Positions 36,110 through 46,373 of a stretch of 64,000 nt of DNA are shown here, one piece after another. A program made the translations under genes and the position numbers. The stretch is from Nitrospirota bacterium (lineage in GTDB: Bacteria > Nitrospirota > UBA9217), in contig CAWFSF010000006.1 in assembly GCA_963818475.1 (NCBI GenBank), positions 192,001-256,000 on the forward strand. The letters run 5' to 3'. A model generated the notes under the pieces. The model did no database searches, was not told where the DNA came from, and worked only from the letters and a program-made list of their open reading frames with translations. Each line of letters starts with the position of its first letter. The first letter of the stretch is position 1.

Positions 36110-36520
36110 ATGAAACAGAAGGTATTTGCGATCATGCTCGTGGCAGTTGCAGCCGGCTTTTTCTGCCAGCCGCTGCCGGCCCAGGAGTCGAAGGGGCCTC
36201 AGATAGAGATCAAAGAGGCGACCTACGATTTCGGCAAGGTTGTCGAGGGGGCCAGACTGCAGCATGTGTTCGAGGTGGGGAACACCGGAGATGCCGCGCT
36301 CGATATCCAGCGGATCCAGCCTACTTGAGGCTGCACCGCCGCGGTGATTAGTTCTAATCACCTTGAACCGGGAGACATTGGCCGCATCCAGGCATCGGTG
36401 GACACCGCCGGCAGGAGCGGTCTCCTGGTTAAAAAAATATCGATCTACTCGAATGACCAAAGAAATCCGGTACGGACGATCATCATGACCATGGACATCA
36501 TCCAAAAGCCCAAGCCATAA
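36110..36520 (+). CDS. DUF1573-like exported protein with in-frame UGA (putative selenocysteine)
   Basis: Signal peptide, YDFGKV, F.V.N.GDA.L.I, then PT-TGA-GCT and continued frame ..LEPGD.G.I..SND to TAA at 36518. Confidence 0.8.
36343..36362 (+). promoter_or_regulatory. Candidate bacterial SECIS hairpin
   Basis: GGTGATTA-GTTC-TAATCACC; loop starts 22 nt after the UGA with GU. Confidence 0.72.
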
Positions 36521-36691
36521 GGCGCGTGCGGCAGGGACGGGAGCTCGATTTTTTGCCCTTTCCGCCTGCAGGTGGTCGGAGTTTCCGCTTTTCCGTTGCC
36601 CGAAAAGAGGAACAGGTCGGAAAACCCTGTTTTTATCATGATATTTCCTCACCAGGTTCTCAGGGTGCCGGGTTCTATCCGTATTATTTCC

Positions 36692-36719
36692 TTGACAATT
36701 TTCAGCCCCCTGTGCTAAT
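36692..36719 (+). promoter_or_regulatory. Sigma70-type promoter upstream of aminotransferase-serA-purA
   Basis: TTGACA-16bp-GCTAAT. Confidence 0.5.
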
Positions 36720-36947
36720 TTCATAGGGCTTTTTGACCCAAGTGACCAAAGGAAAGGTAGTTCAACTTGAAACAGCACAGACATCCGCACTATCCCAGCG
36801 ACACGCCAACCCCGGGCATAGGTCCCGTCCCGGCGGGCCTGTGACTTCTTCGTTGTGACGGAAACCTTTTGTGTTTCAGCGCTTGTGTACGATAATACAA
36901 AACTCAACTTATAATTGCCATTTACCGTAAGAATTGGAGGAACTCCC

Positions 36948-38084
36948 ATGCAGAAAAAATATCTCCTTGCCCCTGGACCGACACCGGTGCCGCCTGAGGC
37001 GCTGCTCGCCATGGCCATGCCGATCATCCATCACCGCGCGCCTGACTTCCTGCCCGTGCTCGATTCAGCGAAAAAGGGCCTTCAGTGGCTCTATCAGACC
37101 AAGAACGATGTGCTGATCCTGTGTTCCACCGGCACCGGCGGTATGGACGGCGCAGTGTCAAATTTCCTGAGCCCCGGCGACGACGTGCTGGTCATCAATG
37201 GCGGTAAGTTCGGCGAACGCTGGACCAAGATCTGCCAGGCATACGGCATGAAGGTGGAAGAGATCCTGGTGGAGTGGGGTTATTCCGTGAAGGCCGAGCA
37301 GGTAGAGGCCAGCCTCAAGAAGAACCCCAAGATCAAGGCCGTGTTCGTCCAGGCGAACGAGACCTCCACCGGCGTGTACCACGATATCAAGTCGCTCGCC
37401 GCCGTCGTCAAGAAGACCGACGCGCTCTTTGTGGTTGACGCTATCTCGGCGCTCGTGGCCCATGACATCAGGACGGACGAGTGGGGCATCGACGTGGTGA
37501 TCGGCGGCTCCCAGAAGGGCGTGATGCTGCCTCCGGGGCTTGCCTTCGTGTCCGTCAGCGACAAGGCCTGGAAGATGGCCGATACGGCAAAGACGCCGAA
37601 ATTCTATTTTAATTTCAAAAAAGAGCGCGAGAACCTGTCCAAGAACCAGACGACCTGGACGTCTCCCGTGACGCTCATCATCGGCCTGAACGCCGCCATC
37701 AAGATGCTCCAGGACGAGGGGCTCGAGAACGTGCTCAAGCGCCACGATAAGCTTGCCCGGGCGACCCGCGCGGGAGCTCTGGCGCTCGGCCTCAAGCTCT
37801 TCCCCAAGGAAAGCCCGAGCAATGCGCTCACGGCCATCGAAGCGCCGGCAGGCGTGGACGGCCAGGCGATCTACAAGGACCTGCGCGTGAAGTACGGCAT
37901 CACCGGCGCAGGCGGCCAGGACAAGCTCAAGGGCAAGATCTTCCGCATCGCGCACCTGGGCTATGCCGACACCTTCGATGTGATCACCGCAATCGCCGGC
38001 ATCGAGATGGTGCTGAAGGGCCTGGGCCATCCGGTGAAGCTCGGCACGGGCGTGGGCGCAGCGCAGGAAATATTGATGAAGTAG
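36948..38084 (+). CDS. Class V PLP aminotransferase (alanine-glyoxylate family, probable SerC-role enzyme)
   Basis: LAPGPTPVP, NETSTGV, VDAIS, GSQKG; directly upstream of serA. Confidence 0.9.
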   Translation: MQKKYLLAPGPTPVPPEALLAMAMPIIHHRAPDFLPVLDSAKKGLQWLYQTKNDVLILCSTGTGGMDGAVSNFLSPGDDVLVINGGKFGERWTKICQAYGMKVEEILVEWGYSVKAEQVEASLKKNPKIKAVFVQANETSTGVYHDIKSLAAVVKKTDALFVVDAISALVAHDIRTDEWGIDVVIGGSQKGVMLPPGLAFVSVSDKAWKMADTAKTPKFYFNFKKERENLSKNQTTWTSPVTLIIGLNAAIKMLQDEGLENVLKRHDKLARATRAGALALGLKLFPKESPSNALTAIEAPAGVDGQAIYKDLRVKYGITGAGGQDKLKGKIFRIAHLGYADTFDVITAIAGIEMVLKGLGHPVKLGTGVGAAQEILMK

Positions 38085-38200
38085 TAACAAATAATTTCGC
38101 CACGAAGGCACGAAGACGCGAAGAACTGCAAGGAGATGCTTTCTGGTCTTCGTGACTTCGAGCCTTAGTGCCTTCGTGGTTAAGTATTTCTGGAGGTTCC

Positions 38201-39833
38201 ATGAAGGTTCTGATCAGCGACAACCTCTCGCCCATCGGGGTGGAGATATTAAAGAAGGCCGGGCTCGACGTCGACGCCCGGAGCAAGACCTCGCGTCGAG
38301 GAGATCGAGAAGATCATCGGCGATTACGACGCGCTGGTCATCCGTTCCGCCACCAAGGTGAACGCTGCGCTGCTCGAGAAGGCAGCGAAGCTCAAGGTCG
38401 TGGGCCGCGCAGGAAGCGGCCTCGACAACGTGGACATCCCGGCTGCCACCAAGAAGGGCGTGGTCGTCATGAACACGCCCGGCGGCAACACGGTCACCAC
38501 GGCGGAGCACACCATCGGCATGATCTTCGCCTGCGCCCGCATGATCCCCCAGGCCTACTCTTCGCTCAAGGCAGGCAAGTGGGAGAAGAAGAAGTTCGAG
38601 GGCATCGAGCTCTATGACAAGACCCTGGGCATCATCGGCATGGGCGCCATCGGCGGCGTGGTCGCGAACCGCTGCCATCGGCGCTCGGCATGAAGGTGCT
38701 GGCCTACGACCCGTTCATTTCGACGGAGAAGGCCAAGTCACTGGGCATCGAGCTGGCCGACCTGCCGACGATCTAGAAACGGTCGGATTTCATCACGGTC
38801 CATACGCCCAAGACCAAGGAGACGGCGAACCTGATCAACAAGGACACGATCGCCCAGATGAAGGACGGCGTGCGCATCATCAACTGCGCCCGCGGCGGCA
38901 TCGTGAACGAGCCGGACCTCTATGAGGCGCTGAAGAGCGGCAAGGTCGGCGGAGCCGCCTTTGACGTGTTCGAGAAGGAGCCGCCGGAGAACCATCCGCT
39001 GCTGACCCTCGACAACTTCATCGCCACGCCGCACCTGGGCGCGTCCACCCTGGAGGCGCAGGAGAACGTGGCCGTGGCCGTGGCCGAGCAGATCGTGGAT
39101 TATCTCATCGCCGGGACCGTCCGGAACGCCGTCAACGTGCCGTCCGTGCCGGCGGACCAGCTCCCGACGCTCAGCCCCTACATCAATCTGGCGGAGCGCA
39201 TGGGCCTGTTCCAGGCGCAGCTCTGCGAAGGCGGCCTCACCCAGGTAGTCGTGGAGTACAGCGGCGAGGTGTCGAACCTCAAGCAGGAGCCGATCACGCT
39301 TGCGGCGCTCAAGGGACTGCTGACGCCGATCGTCGAACGAGAACGTGAACTATGTGAACGCGCCGCTCATTGCCAAGGACCGCGGCATCGAGATCAAGGT
39401 TTCCAAATCAGCGGACACCACCGAATACACGAGCCTGATCACGATCAAGGTCAAGGCCGGCGGCAAGGACCTGTCCGTTGCCGGCACGCTGAACAGCAAG
39501 AAAGAGCCGCGCATCATCCAGGTGGACAACTTCCCCATGGAGACCGTGCCCGAGGGCGACATGCTCGTGCTTATGAACAACGACAAGCCCGGCGTCATCG
39601 GCGGCATCGGCACGATCCTGGGGCAGAACGGGATCAACATCGCCCGCATGCAGTTCGGCCGCGAGAAGCAGGGCGGTCTGGCCATGTCGGTCGTGAGCAT
39701 CGACAGCACCGTGTCCGATGATCTTATGGCAAAGATCAGGCAGATGCCGAACGTGCTGTCGGTGAAGCAGGTCAAGATTAGTAATGCGGATGTGATGCGG
39801 AATTTGTTGAAGGAGTTATCATGCCAGTTTTAG
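38201..39833 (+). CDS. serA: D-3-phosphoglycerate dehydrogenase with ACT domain (frameshifts and one internal TAG)
   Basis: GRAGSGLDNVD, GMGAIG, INCARGG, TPHLGAST, NNDKPGVIG. Confidence 0.93.
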
Positions 39834-41125
39834 TCGTAGTCGGCGCCCAGTGGGGCGATGAAGGCAAAGGGAAGATCATTGACCTGCTCACGGAGCGGGC
39901 GGACGTGGTCGCGCGGTACCAGGGCGGCCACAATGCCGGCCATACCGTGGTGGTGGGTAAGGACGAGTTCATCCTGCATCTGGTCCCCTCCGGTATCCTG
40001 CATAAAGGCAAGAAGTGCATCATCGGGAACGGCGTGGTCGTGGACCCTGCGGCGCTCCTCGAAGAGATGGATGCCATGGCCAAGCGGGGCATCAAGTTCG
40101 ACCAGAGCCTGCTCATCAGCAGGAACGCCCACCTCATCATGCCGTACCACAAGGCCCTCGATGTGGCAAGCGAAGCGCTGAAGGGAAATAAGAAGATCGG
40201 CACGACCGGCCGGGGCATCGGTCCCGCCTATGCGGACAAGATCAACCGCAAGGGCATCCGGATGGCCGATCTCCTCGACGAAAAGACCTTCCGCGAAAAG
40301 CTGACCTCCAATACCGGCGAGGCGAACTTCATGCTCGAGCGTTTCTATAACGCGCCGCTGGTGAATCAGGACCAGGTCTATGACGAGTACCGGGGCTACG
40401 CCAGGAGGCTCAAAAAATACATCGCCGATACCACGCTGTATCTCAGCGAAGCCATCGCCGGAAAGAAGAAGGTGCTGGCCGAAGGCGCTCAGGGAACGCA
40501 TCTTGACGTGGACCACGGGACCTACCCCTTTGTGACCTCGTCGAGCCCCACGGCCGGCGGCGCCTGCACCGGGCTCGGCATCGGGCCGAACACGATCACC
40601 GAGGTCCTGGGCATCGTCAAGGCCTACACCACGCGCGTCGGCAGCGGTCCCTTTCCCACGGAGCTGAATGACAAGACCGGCGAACTGCTGCGGCTGCGCG
40701 GCAAGGAGTACGGGGCGACAACGGGCAGGGCGCGGCGGTGCGGATGGGCCGATACGCTTATTGTCCGGCATGCAGTGCGGGTGAACGGCATGACGAGCGC
40801 AGCCATCACCAAGCTGGACGTGCTCGATACGCTTGATGAACTCAAGATCTGCGTTGGCTATAAACACAAGGGGAAACTGTACGAGGAAATGCCGTCGGAG
40901 CTCGCGGTGCTCGAGCAGGGCGTTCCGCAATACATCACCATGCCCGGCTGGAAGCAGTCGACGATCGGCATCAAAAAATACGAAGACCTGCCGAAAAAGG
41001 CCCGGGCCTACGTGGAAAAGCTCTGCAAACTCTGTGGCGTCAAGCCGTCCATCATATCGACGGGCCCGCGCCGCGACGAGACCATCATTCTCGAGCGGCC
41101 TTTTCAGACGGCAAAAAAGCGGTAA
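39821..41125 (+). CDS. purA: Adenylosuccinate synthetase
   Basis: QWGDEGKGK, GGHNAGH, EYGATTGRARRCGW. Confidence 0.98.
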   Translation: MPVLVVVGAQWGDEGKGKIIDLLTERADVVARYQGGHNAGHTVVVGKDEFILHLVPSGILHKGKKCIIGNGVVVDPAALLEEMDAMAKRGIKFDQSLLISRNAHLIMPYHKALDVASEALKGNKKIGTTGRGIGPAYADKINRKGIRMADLLDEKTFREKLTSNTGEANFMLERFYNAPLVNQDQVYDEYRGYARRLKKYIADTTLYLSEAIAGKKKVLAEGAQGTHLDVDHGTYPFVTSSSPTAGGACTGLGIGPNTITEVLGIVKAYTTRVGSGPFPTELNDKTGELLRLRGKEYGATTGRARRCGWADTLIVRHAVRVNGMTSAAITKLDVLDTLDELKICVGYKHKGKLYEEMPSELAVLEQGVPQYITMPGWKQSTIGIKKYEDLPKKARAYVEKLCKLCGVKPSIISTGPRRDETIILERPFQTAKKR

Positions 41126-41199
41126 CAGGGGCTTTTCGCGCCAAGTGATTCCTTGCTCGGCGTTTCATGCTCTGTCTTTCTGTTGAATCGTGTTTTTTG

Positions 41200-41227
41200 T
41201 TGACAACTACCCGCATTCTTTGCTAAT
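41200..41227 (+). promoter_or_regulatory. Promoter of tRNA-Lys/tRNA-Glu pair
   Basis: TTGACA-16bp-GCTAAT followed by GC-rich discriminator. Confidence 0.6.
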
Positions 41228-41252
41228 ATACGCCTCTTCCATCGAGGTCGAT

Positions 41253-41328
41253 GGGCCGGTAGCTCAGTTGGTAGAGCACCGCCCTTTTAAGGCGGGTGTC
41301 CTGGGTTCGAGTCCCAGCCGGCTCACCA
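41253..41328 (+). tRNA. tRNA-Lys(TTT)
   Basis: CCGCC-CTTTTAA-GGCGG anticodon arm, GTTCGAGTC, CCA end. Confidence 0.95.
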
Positions 41329-41418
41329 GTTTTAATTGCAGATATAAGTTGTGAGTTTTGAGTTGGGAGCTAAAGGCGTTACACTCCGCAATCCGAAATA
41401 CACAATCCGAAATACAAT

Positions 41419-41496
41419 GTCCCCATCGTCTAGTCCGGCCCAGGACACCGCCCTTTCACGGCGATAACGCGGGTTCGAATCCCGCTGGGGACGCCA
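41419..41496 (+). tRNA. tRNA-Glu(TTC)
   Basis: GTCCCCATCGTCTAG...CTTTCAC...GTTCGAATCC...GACGCCA. Confidence 0.95.
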
Positions 41497-41519
41497 TTCA
41501 AATTCAAAGAGTTAGCTAA

Positions 41520-41705
41520 TCAGCTAGCTCTTTTTATTTGCCCCAACGTAGCCAAAACGTAGCCACTCTCCTTAGCATCCAAGACCTTCACCGCTTCACT
41601 CAGATTTTCCGGAGTAAGATGGCAGTACCGGACAGTCATTCTCAGATCCTTGTGGCCCAGGAGATCCTTGACTGTGTTGATATCGACGCCCTCCTGGACC
41701 ACCGT
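41520..41705 (-). pseudogene. C-terminal remnant of tyrosine integrase
   Basis: GVDINTVKDLLGHKDLRMTVRYCH (box II) only. Confidence 0.85.
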
Positions 41706-41873
41706 CACAACAACGTTTTCGCATTTCCCTTGCCCGTTCCTTAAAAATGCGTTATTCTCGCATTGATTGTTTGAGAAAATAGCTTCTATAATCGAGAAGG
41801 CACTTTTGAAAAGTTCCCTACTCACTAATAAACCTCCCCCTCTTTTTTTCAAGAAATTAGAAAAGGTAGATTT

Positions 41874-43253
41874 ATGAATACTCATATTGAAAAATTAAAA
41901 ATATTTATGGCCTCTCCTGATGATTTGCAGGAAGAGAGAAAAGTCTTTGGTGAGGTTGTTGAGGCAATAAACCGTAGCAGGGGTAGCGCAGAAGGATTTC
42001 ACCTGGATGCAATAATATGGGAGAAATATGCTTATCCCGAAGCAGATACTCCACAAGCTATTGTGAATAGGGTTTTGGAAGATGCATCGTTGGTTATTGT
42101 TGCCTTTTGGAACAAATTTGGAGCACCAACAACCAATTTCCCATCTGGTACGATGGAAGAGTTTTCTTTAGCATACGAGAAACGTAATAAGACAGGAAAG
42201 CCATCAATAAAAATCTATTTTAGATTGCCTGAGTCACCCACGACTTTGGCGCAAAATGAAGAGATTCGAAAAATACTTGAATTTAAAGAGTCAATCAAGG
42301 ACAAAGCTCTTTATAAAGAATACACTTCAGCTCAAGCATTCAAAGACTTATTGCATGAGCACATAAATGCATGGCTTTCAAATGAAAAGCAAATAACAGG
42401 AGCTGTAACGGATCCAACCGCAGTAGGCGTTGCAGATCCGGATCCTGTCTGCGTCAGTAAATTAATTGGAGACTATGTAAGGGATCTAGAAAAAAAATAT
42501 GACAGGGAGAAAACCGAAAGAAGATTTTTTGGCCTAAAAAAGCTCGATTATGTGCTTGGAGAATTTAACGAGCAAAATTTAACAGTAGTAGCGGGCGAAG
42601 CTTCCAGCGGGAAAACGACATTACTTGTAACTGCTGCAAACATAGTTGCTACAGACAAAACGGTTTTATTTATATCACCGAGGTTAAATAAAAAAGAGAT
42701 TGTAGGACGACTTATCTCAAATTCATCAGTGGTGGCGTTAAATCGATTAAAAAGTGGAAATTTACAAGATCAAGATTGGACTTCATTCTCGAATGCAGCC
42801 GGAAGATTACACGAAAAGGAGATTTACATTGATGATCATTATGAACTGTCAATTCCTTATATACGCAAACTTATTTCAAAAATAATGGCAGCTCATGGTG
42901 TGCAGTTGGTAATTATTGATGGTCTTAACTACATTCTAAATGAAGATGGCAGGGTAGGCCAATCATTGAGAGTCCTGTCGCGTGAATTTAATCTTCCGAT
43001 AATCGGTGCACTTGATATTGACCTTATCTCATTGCGTGCTAAAGCGATGTCTCGCGATAAACGGCCTTGCTTACGAGATTTAGATACATTCGGTGATCTA
43101 AGATCCGAATCGGACGTGGTGATTTTTTCATTCAGGGATGTAGACGTTATTGATAATGACGAATTAATTGTGGCTAAGAACAACAATGGACCTATTGGAG
43201 CTATAAAAGTTAAGTTTTTGTCAGAATGCAATAAATTTGAAGAATTAAACTAG
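41874..43253 (+). CDS. DUF4062 domain fused to degenerate DnaB-like helicase C-terminal domain
   Basis: KIFMASPDDLQEER, SGTMEEF; GEASSGKTT, LVIID, DKRP.LRDL, ELIVAKNNNGP. Confidence 0.82.
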   Translation: MNTHIEKLKIFMASPDDLQEERKVFGEVVEAINRSRGSAEGFHLDAIIWEKYAYPEADTPQAIVNRVLEDASLVIVAFWNKFGAPTTNFPSGTMEEFSLAYEKRNKTGKPSIKIYFRLPESPTTLAQNEEIRKILEFKESIKDKALYKEYTSAQAFKDLLHEHINAWLSNEKQITGAVTDPTAVGVADPDPVCVSKLIGDYVRDLEKKYDREKTERRFFGLKKLDYVLGEFNEQNLTVVAGEASSGKTTLLVTAANIVATDKTVLFISPRLNKKEIVGRLISNSSVVALNRLKSGNLQDQDWTSFSNAAGRLHEKEIYIDDHYELSIPYIRKLISKIMAAHGVQLVIIDGLNYILNEDGRVGQSLRVLSREFNLPIIGALDIDLISLRAKAMSRDKRPCLRDLDTFGDLRSESDVVIFSFRDVDVIDNDELIVAKNNNGPIGAIKVKFLSECNKFEELN

Positions 43254-43578
43254 ACCTGGAGTTTCTATTACACAATCAGCCTTTGAATGTAATGCGATAC
43301 CATGCTGTGGTGAGAATTAGCGATGCCTACGTAAACTATTTTAGAACTTTCTGGAAAGAAATTTCATCTACGAAATTGCCGGTCCCAGACAAAGCGTAGT
43401 GTATCCTAATGATAATATGGGGAAAAGTGGCTTTAATGCTAGGCTGAAAGGTTCCACTTGACACAATCTTGACGATGGTGTATTAATTAAGTAGAAAACA
43501 CATGGGGAAGCCTGATAAATTCCTGAGTAAATTTAAAGTTTATAAAGGAATTTGGATCGCTTCCCCTTTTTTTCGTCT

Positions 43579-45372
43579 ATGTATCTTATACCTGATAAAA
43601 AATGGAATCTAACCGGTAATGAACCAGAACAATCTAAGCTATTCTTCGAATTGTGGCTGGAAAAAGTTGGTTTTGATTCTCATTTTACCTACGAGTTACC
43701 TCTTCATTCCTGCTATCAGCTGTTGAGAAATTTACAAAATATAATTCCGCTTGTAAAACAAAAGACAATTTCGCCTGAAAACATTACAGACATTATCGAA
43801 GAGATTCTCAATAGACTAGAGGGAAATATATGGCTCAATAAGTTTTACCCTAATGAAATTCAACATATCAAGACGGTACTTACTGAGGCAAAGACATCAT
43901 CCTTATATAAGGATATAACAATACAAAATAAACTTGAATTAATTCTCGAAGCCTTCCTCAATACCCTCCAAAAAGACAACATCCAGCTAAAGCAGTTGAG
44001 AGCAGTTTGTGATTTGGCTCAATCGAAACAAACTTATACAACGATTGAAAAAAATATCGATGAATTTCTGACCGACTTAATCCACGCTGGTCATTCGAAA
44101 TTATATTTGCATAAATGGGTAGTACGTGAAATTATCGAGCATCAAAAAGACCTTCTTGGTCAAAATTCTGTTGAAAAGCTCGCCGGCGCTCGTTTTTTGG
44201 GATCAATATCTACAAAATCATATAGCGTTTTGCTCAAGACCTCTGCAAATGCCAGAATTCAATCTACAGGTAATATTAAATTTGTTGAAAATAAAGAAGA
44301 CATCCCAGAAAAATTCCTTACTTTAAATTTGCCAAGTGTTAATAGTTCAACATCTAGATATGTTATTGTTGAGGTGGGAAACTCTTTAGATGTTTATGCG
44401 GCTTTTGAAGAGGCTGTAAATATTCTTACTCGGTATCTTTCTTCTGTCAGATTTCAGAAATTATCTTTTACTTCACCGGAGATATCCAGTAGCGGGATTG
44501 TGTTAGATTTATCTTCAGATACGGCGATTCAAATCGAGAATGTACCAAAATTAATTTCCCGATCAATTTTTAGCGCAGATAAATTTTACTCTATTGAAGC
44601 TAAGTCTGGGAAAAATCAAAAAACTTTTGACGCAATAGACAAGGTGCTTTACTGGTTTGAAATAGCACAAAAATCACCGGCGGAGTTAAAATTTATTAGT
44701 TTATGGACAGCACTAGAGTTTTTGTTTTCGGTCCCAGGATATAAAACTATTGACGGAATAGTTTCTTATTTACCCCCTTATTTTGGACTTGCCTATGCAA
44801 GGTCAGTTTTGAAAGATTTTGATAGGCATGTAGAGTTTGCTAATATTATATCGCCAGGAAAAATCTCAAGTGACTTAATGAAATATTGCAGCAATAAAGA
44901 CAAGAGAATGCATCCGGACTACACTAAAATGCTGTCTACATGTTGTGACGATGAAACGATAGCAGATTCTTTAAGTATACATCCAATTTTAAAAAGAAAA
45001 TTTTATAAGGTAAGGCGCCTCAATCCATCTTTCAAAACGGGCAACAGATTTACTTTGCTGAGCGATCTTGATTCTATTGAGTGCGACCTGATATTAGATG
45101 TTAAGAGATTCTATAGAACCAGAAATATGCTCGTTCATGGAGCCGAAATACAGGATCGTAATTTAGACAGAATTCTTAAAAGGATGGAGTATATGATGTC
45201 ATTTATCATAGATAAGCTTGCTGATGCTTATTATTACAACCCTAACCATTCACTTACGGCCCTACATGAAGTGTTTTATTCTAGCTATCAGTTCTATAAG
45301 AAGCGAATTGATGAAGGTAAGACTGATTTTGGAGGTACCGTTTTTCCGCGCTTATTATATAGTAAACACTAG
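43579..45372 (+). CDS. Large AT-rich protein with C-terminal HEPN-like (ApeA-like) motif
   Basis: FISLWTALEFLF and YRTRNMLVHG (RxxxxH). Confidence 0.7.
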   Translation: MYLIPDKKWNLTGNEPEQSKLFFELWLEKVGFDSHFTYELPLHSCYQLLRNLQNIIPLVKQKTISPENITDIIEEILNRLEGNIWLNKFYPNEIQHIKTVLTEAKTSSLYKDITIQNKLELILEAFLNTLQKDNIQLKQLRAVCDLAQSKQTYTTIEKNIDEFLTDLIHAGHSKLYLHKWVVREIIEHQKDLLGQNSVEKLAGARFLGSISTKSYSVLLKTSANARIQSTGNIKFVENKEDIPEKFLTLNLPSVNSSTSRYVIVEVGNSLDVYAAFEEAVNILTRYLSSVRFQKLSFTSPEISSSGIVLDLSSDTAIQIENVPKLISRSIFSADKFYSIEAKSGKNQKTFDAIDKVLYWFEIAQKSPAELKFISLWTALEFLFSVPGYKTIDGIVSYLPPYFGLAYARSVLKDFDRHVEFANIISPGKISSDLMKYCSNKDKRMHPDYTKMLSTCCDDETIADSLSIHPILKRKFYKVRRLNPSFKTGNRFTLLSDLDSIECDLILDVKRFYRTRNMLVHGAEIQDRNLDRILKRMEYMMSFIIDKLADAYYYNPNHSLTALHEVFYSSYQFYKKRIDEGKTDFGGTVFPRLLYSKH

Positions 45373-45761
45373 AATTGTAGCCACAACCTCTGATAATGAA
45401 TAGGCATAAGTCACACGCTTCAGCTTTAGCTGAGAGCGTAGCCAAAACGTAGCCGAAATTGACTTATAGGGCATAAGAGGGTAGAAAATAATGAAAGACC
45501 TGAAGGGGATATCCGTTTGAAAGTAGATAAATTCGATAAAACACAGGTAAGAGGCCCACTTACGAAAATTGATCGTTTGTGACTTTCACGCGATAACGCG
45601 GGTTCGAATCCCGCTGGGGACGCCATTAAAAAGTAAAAGAATCAGAACCTTTACGGGCCTGGTTCTTTTTATTTTTGGTACACAAGGTGGGCTCCGGGTG
45701 AAACCTGGGGCTTTTTCTTTTGGCTTGCAATATATCGGTATATGATATATATTGATATCCG

Positions 45762-46052
45762 ATGATACGGAACATAACGAGCAAGACGGCGCAGGATATC
45801 TATGACGGGGTAAACAGTCGTCATGCACGGAAGATCCCCACGGAGTTACACCGGAAAGCGCAGCGGCTCTTTGATCAGATCAACGCTGCCGTGGTGGTGG
45901 AAACCTTGAAAGCACCGCCCGGAAACAGGCTGGAGAGGTTGAAAGGCAATTGGGAAGGGTTCTGGAGTGTTCGGATAAATGACCAGTGGCGGATCATTTT
46001 CCGATGGGAAGATGCCGACGCCCTGGACGTGGATATTGTGGATTACCATTAA
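45762..46052 (+). CDS. higB: HigB-family toxin
   Basis: PPGNRLERLKG...SVRINDQWRIIFRW...VDIVDYH. Confidence 0.93.
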   Translation: MIRNITSKTAQDIYDGVNSRHARKIPTELHRKAQRLFDQINAAVVVETLKAPPGNRLERLKGNWEGFWSVRINDQWRIIFRWEDADALDVDIVDYH

Positions 46053-46065
46053 GGAGGTAGAGTAT

Positions 46066-46356
46066 ATGTTACCGAAAAAGAGACCGCCGACGCATCCGGG
46101 CGAGATGCTGCTGAAAGAGTTTCTGGAGCCGATGGGCATGACTCAGGTTGAGCTTGCAAAGCATATAGGCTGGACGTGGGCCAGGCTGAACGAGATCGTC
46201 AACGGCAGGCGCGGAGTAAGTGCGTCGTCAGCCCTTGCGCTCGGTGAGGCGTTTGGGACCGGGCCGGAATTCTGGCTGAACCTGCAGAGGGATTGGGACC
46301 TGTGGCACGCCTTGCGCAAGCATGAGCCTGTGCGGGCGCTCAAGAAGGCGAGTTGA
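46066..46356 (+). CDS. higA: HigA-family antitoxin
   Basis: PTHPGEMLLKEFL, LNEIVNGRRGV, PEFWLNLQ. Confidence 0.93.
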   Translation: MLPKKRPPTHPGEMLLKEFLEPMGMTQVELAKHIGWTWARLNEIVNGRRGVSASSALALGEAFGTGPEFWLNLQRDWDLWHALRKHEPVRALKKAS

Positions 46357-46373
46357 GTCAAAGGAAAGTTTCG

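Larger units (their letters stand above)
41453..45625. mobile_element. Genomic island 1 integrated at tRNA-Glu
   Basis: tRNA 3' 44 bp repeated at 45583-45625 (one G missing); integrase remnant; AT-rich cargo. Confidence 0.88.

Noticed and set aside
38774-38776. In-frame TAG in serA as pyrrolysine or amber read-through
   Set aside because: The same gene has several other errors, the position is not catalytic, and no pyl genes are visible.
41874-43253. Annotation as the replicative helicase dnaB
   Set aside because: It lacks the DnaB N-domain and key catalytic residues and sits in an AT-rich island.
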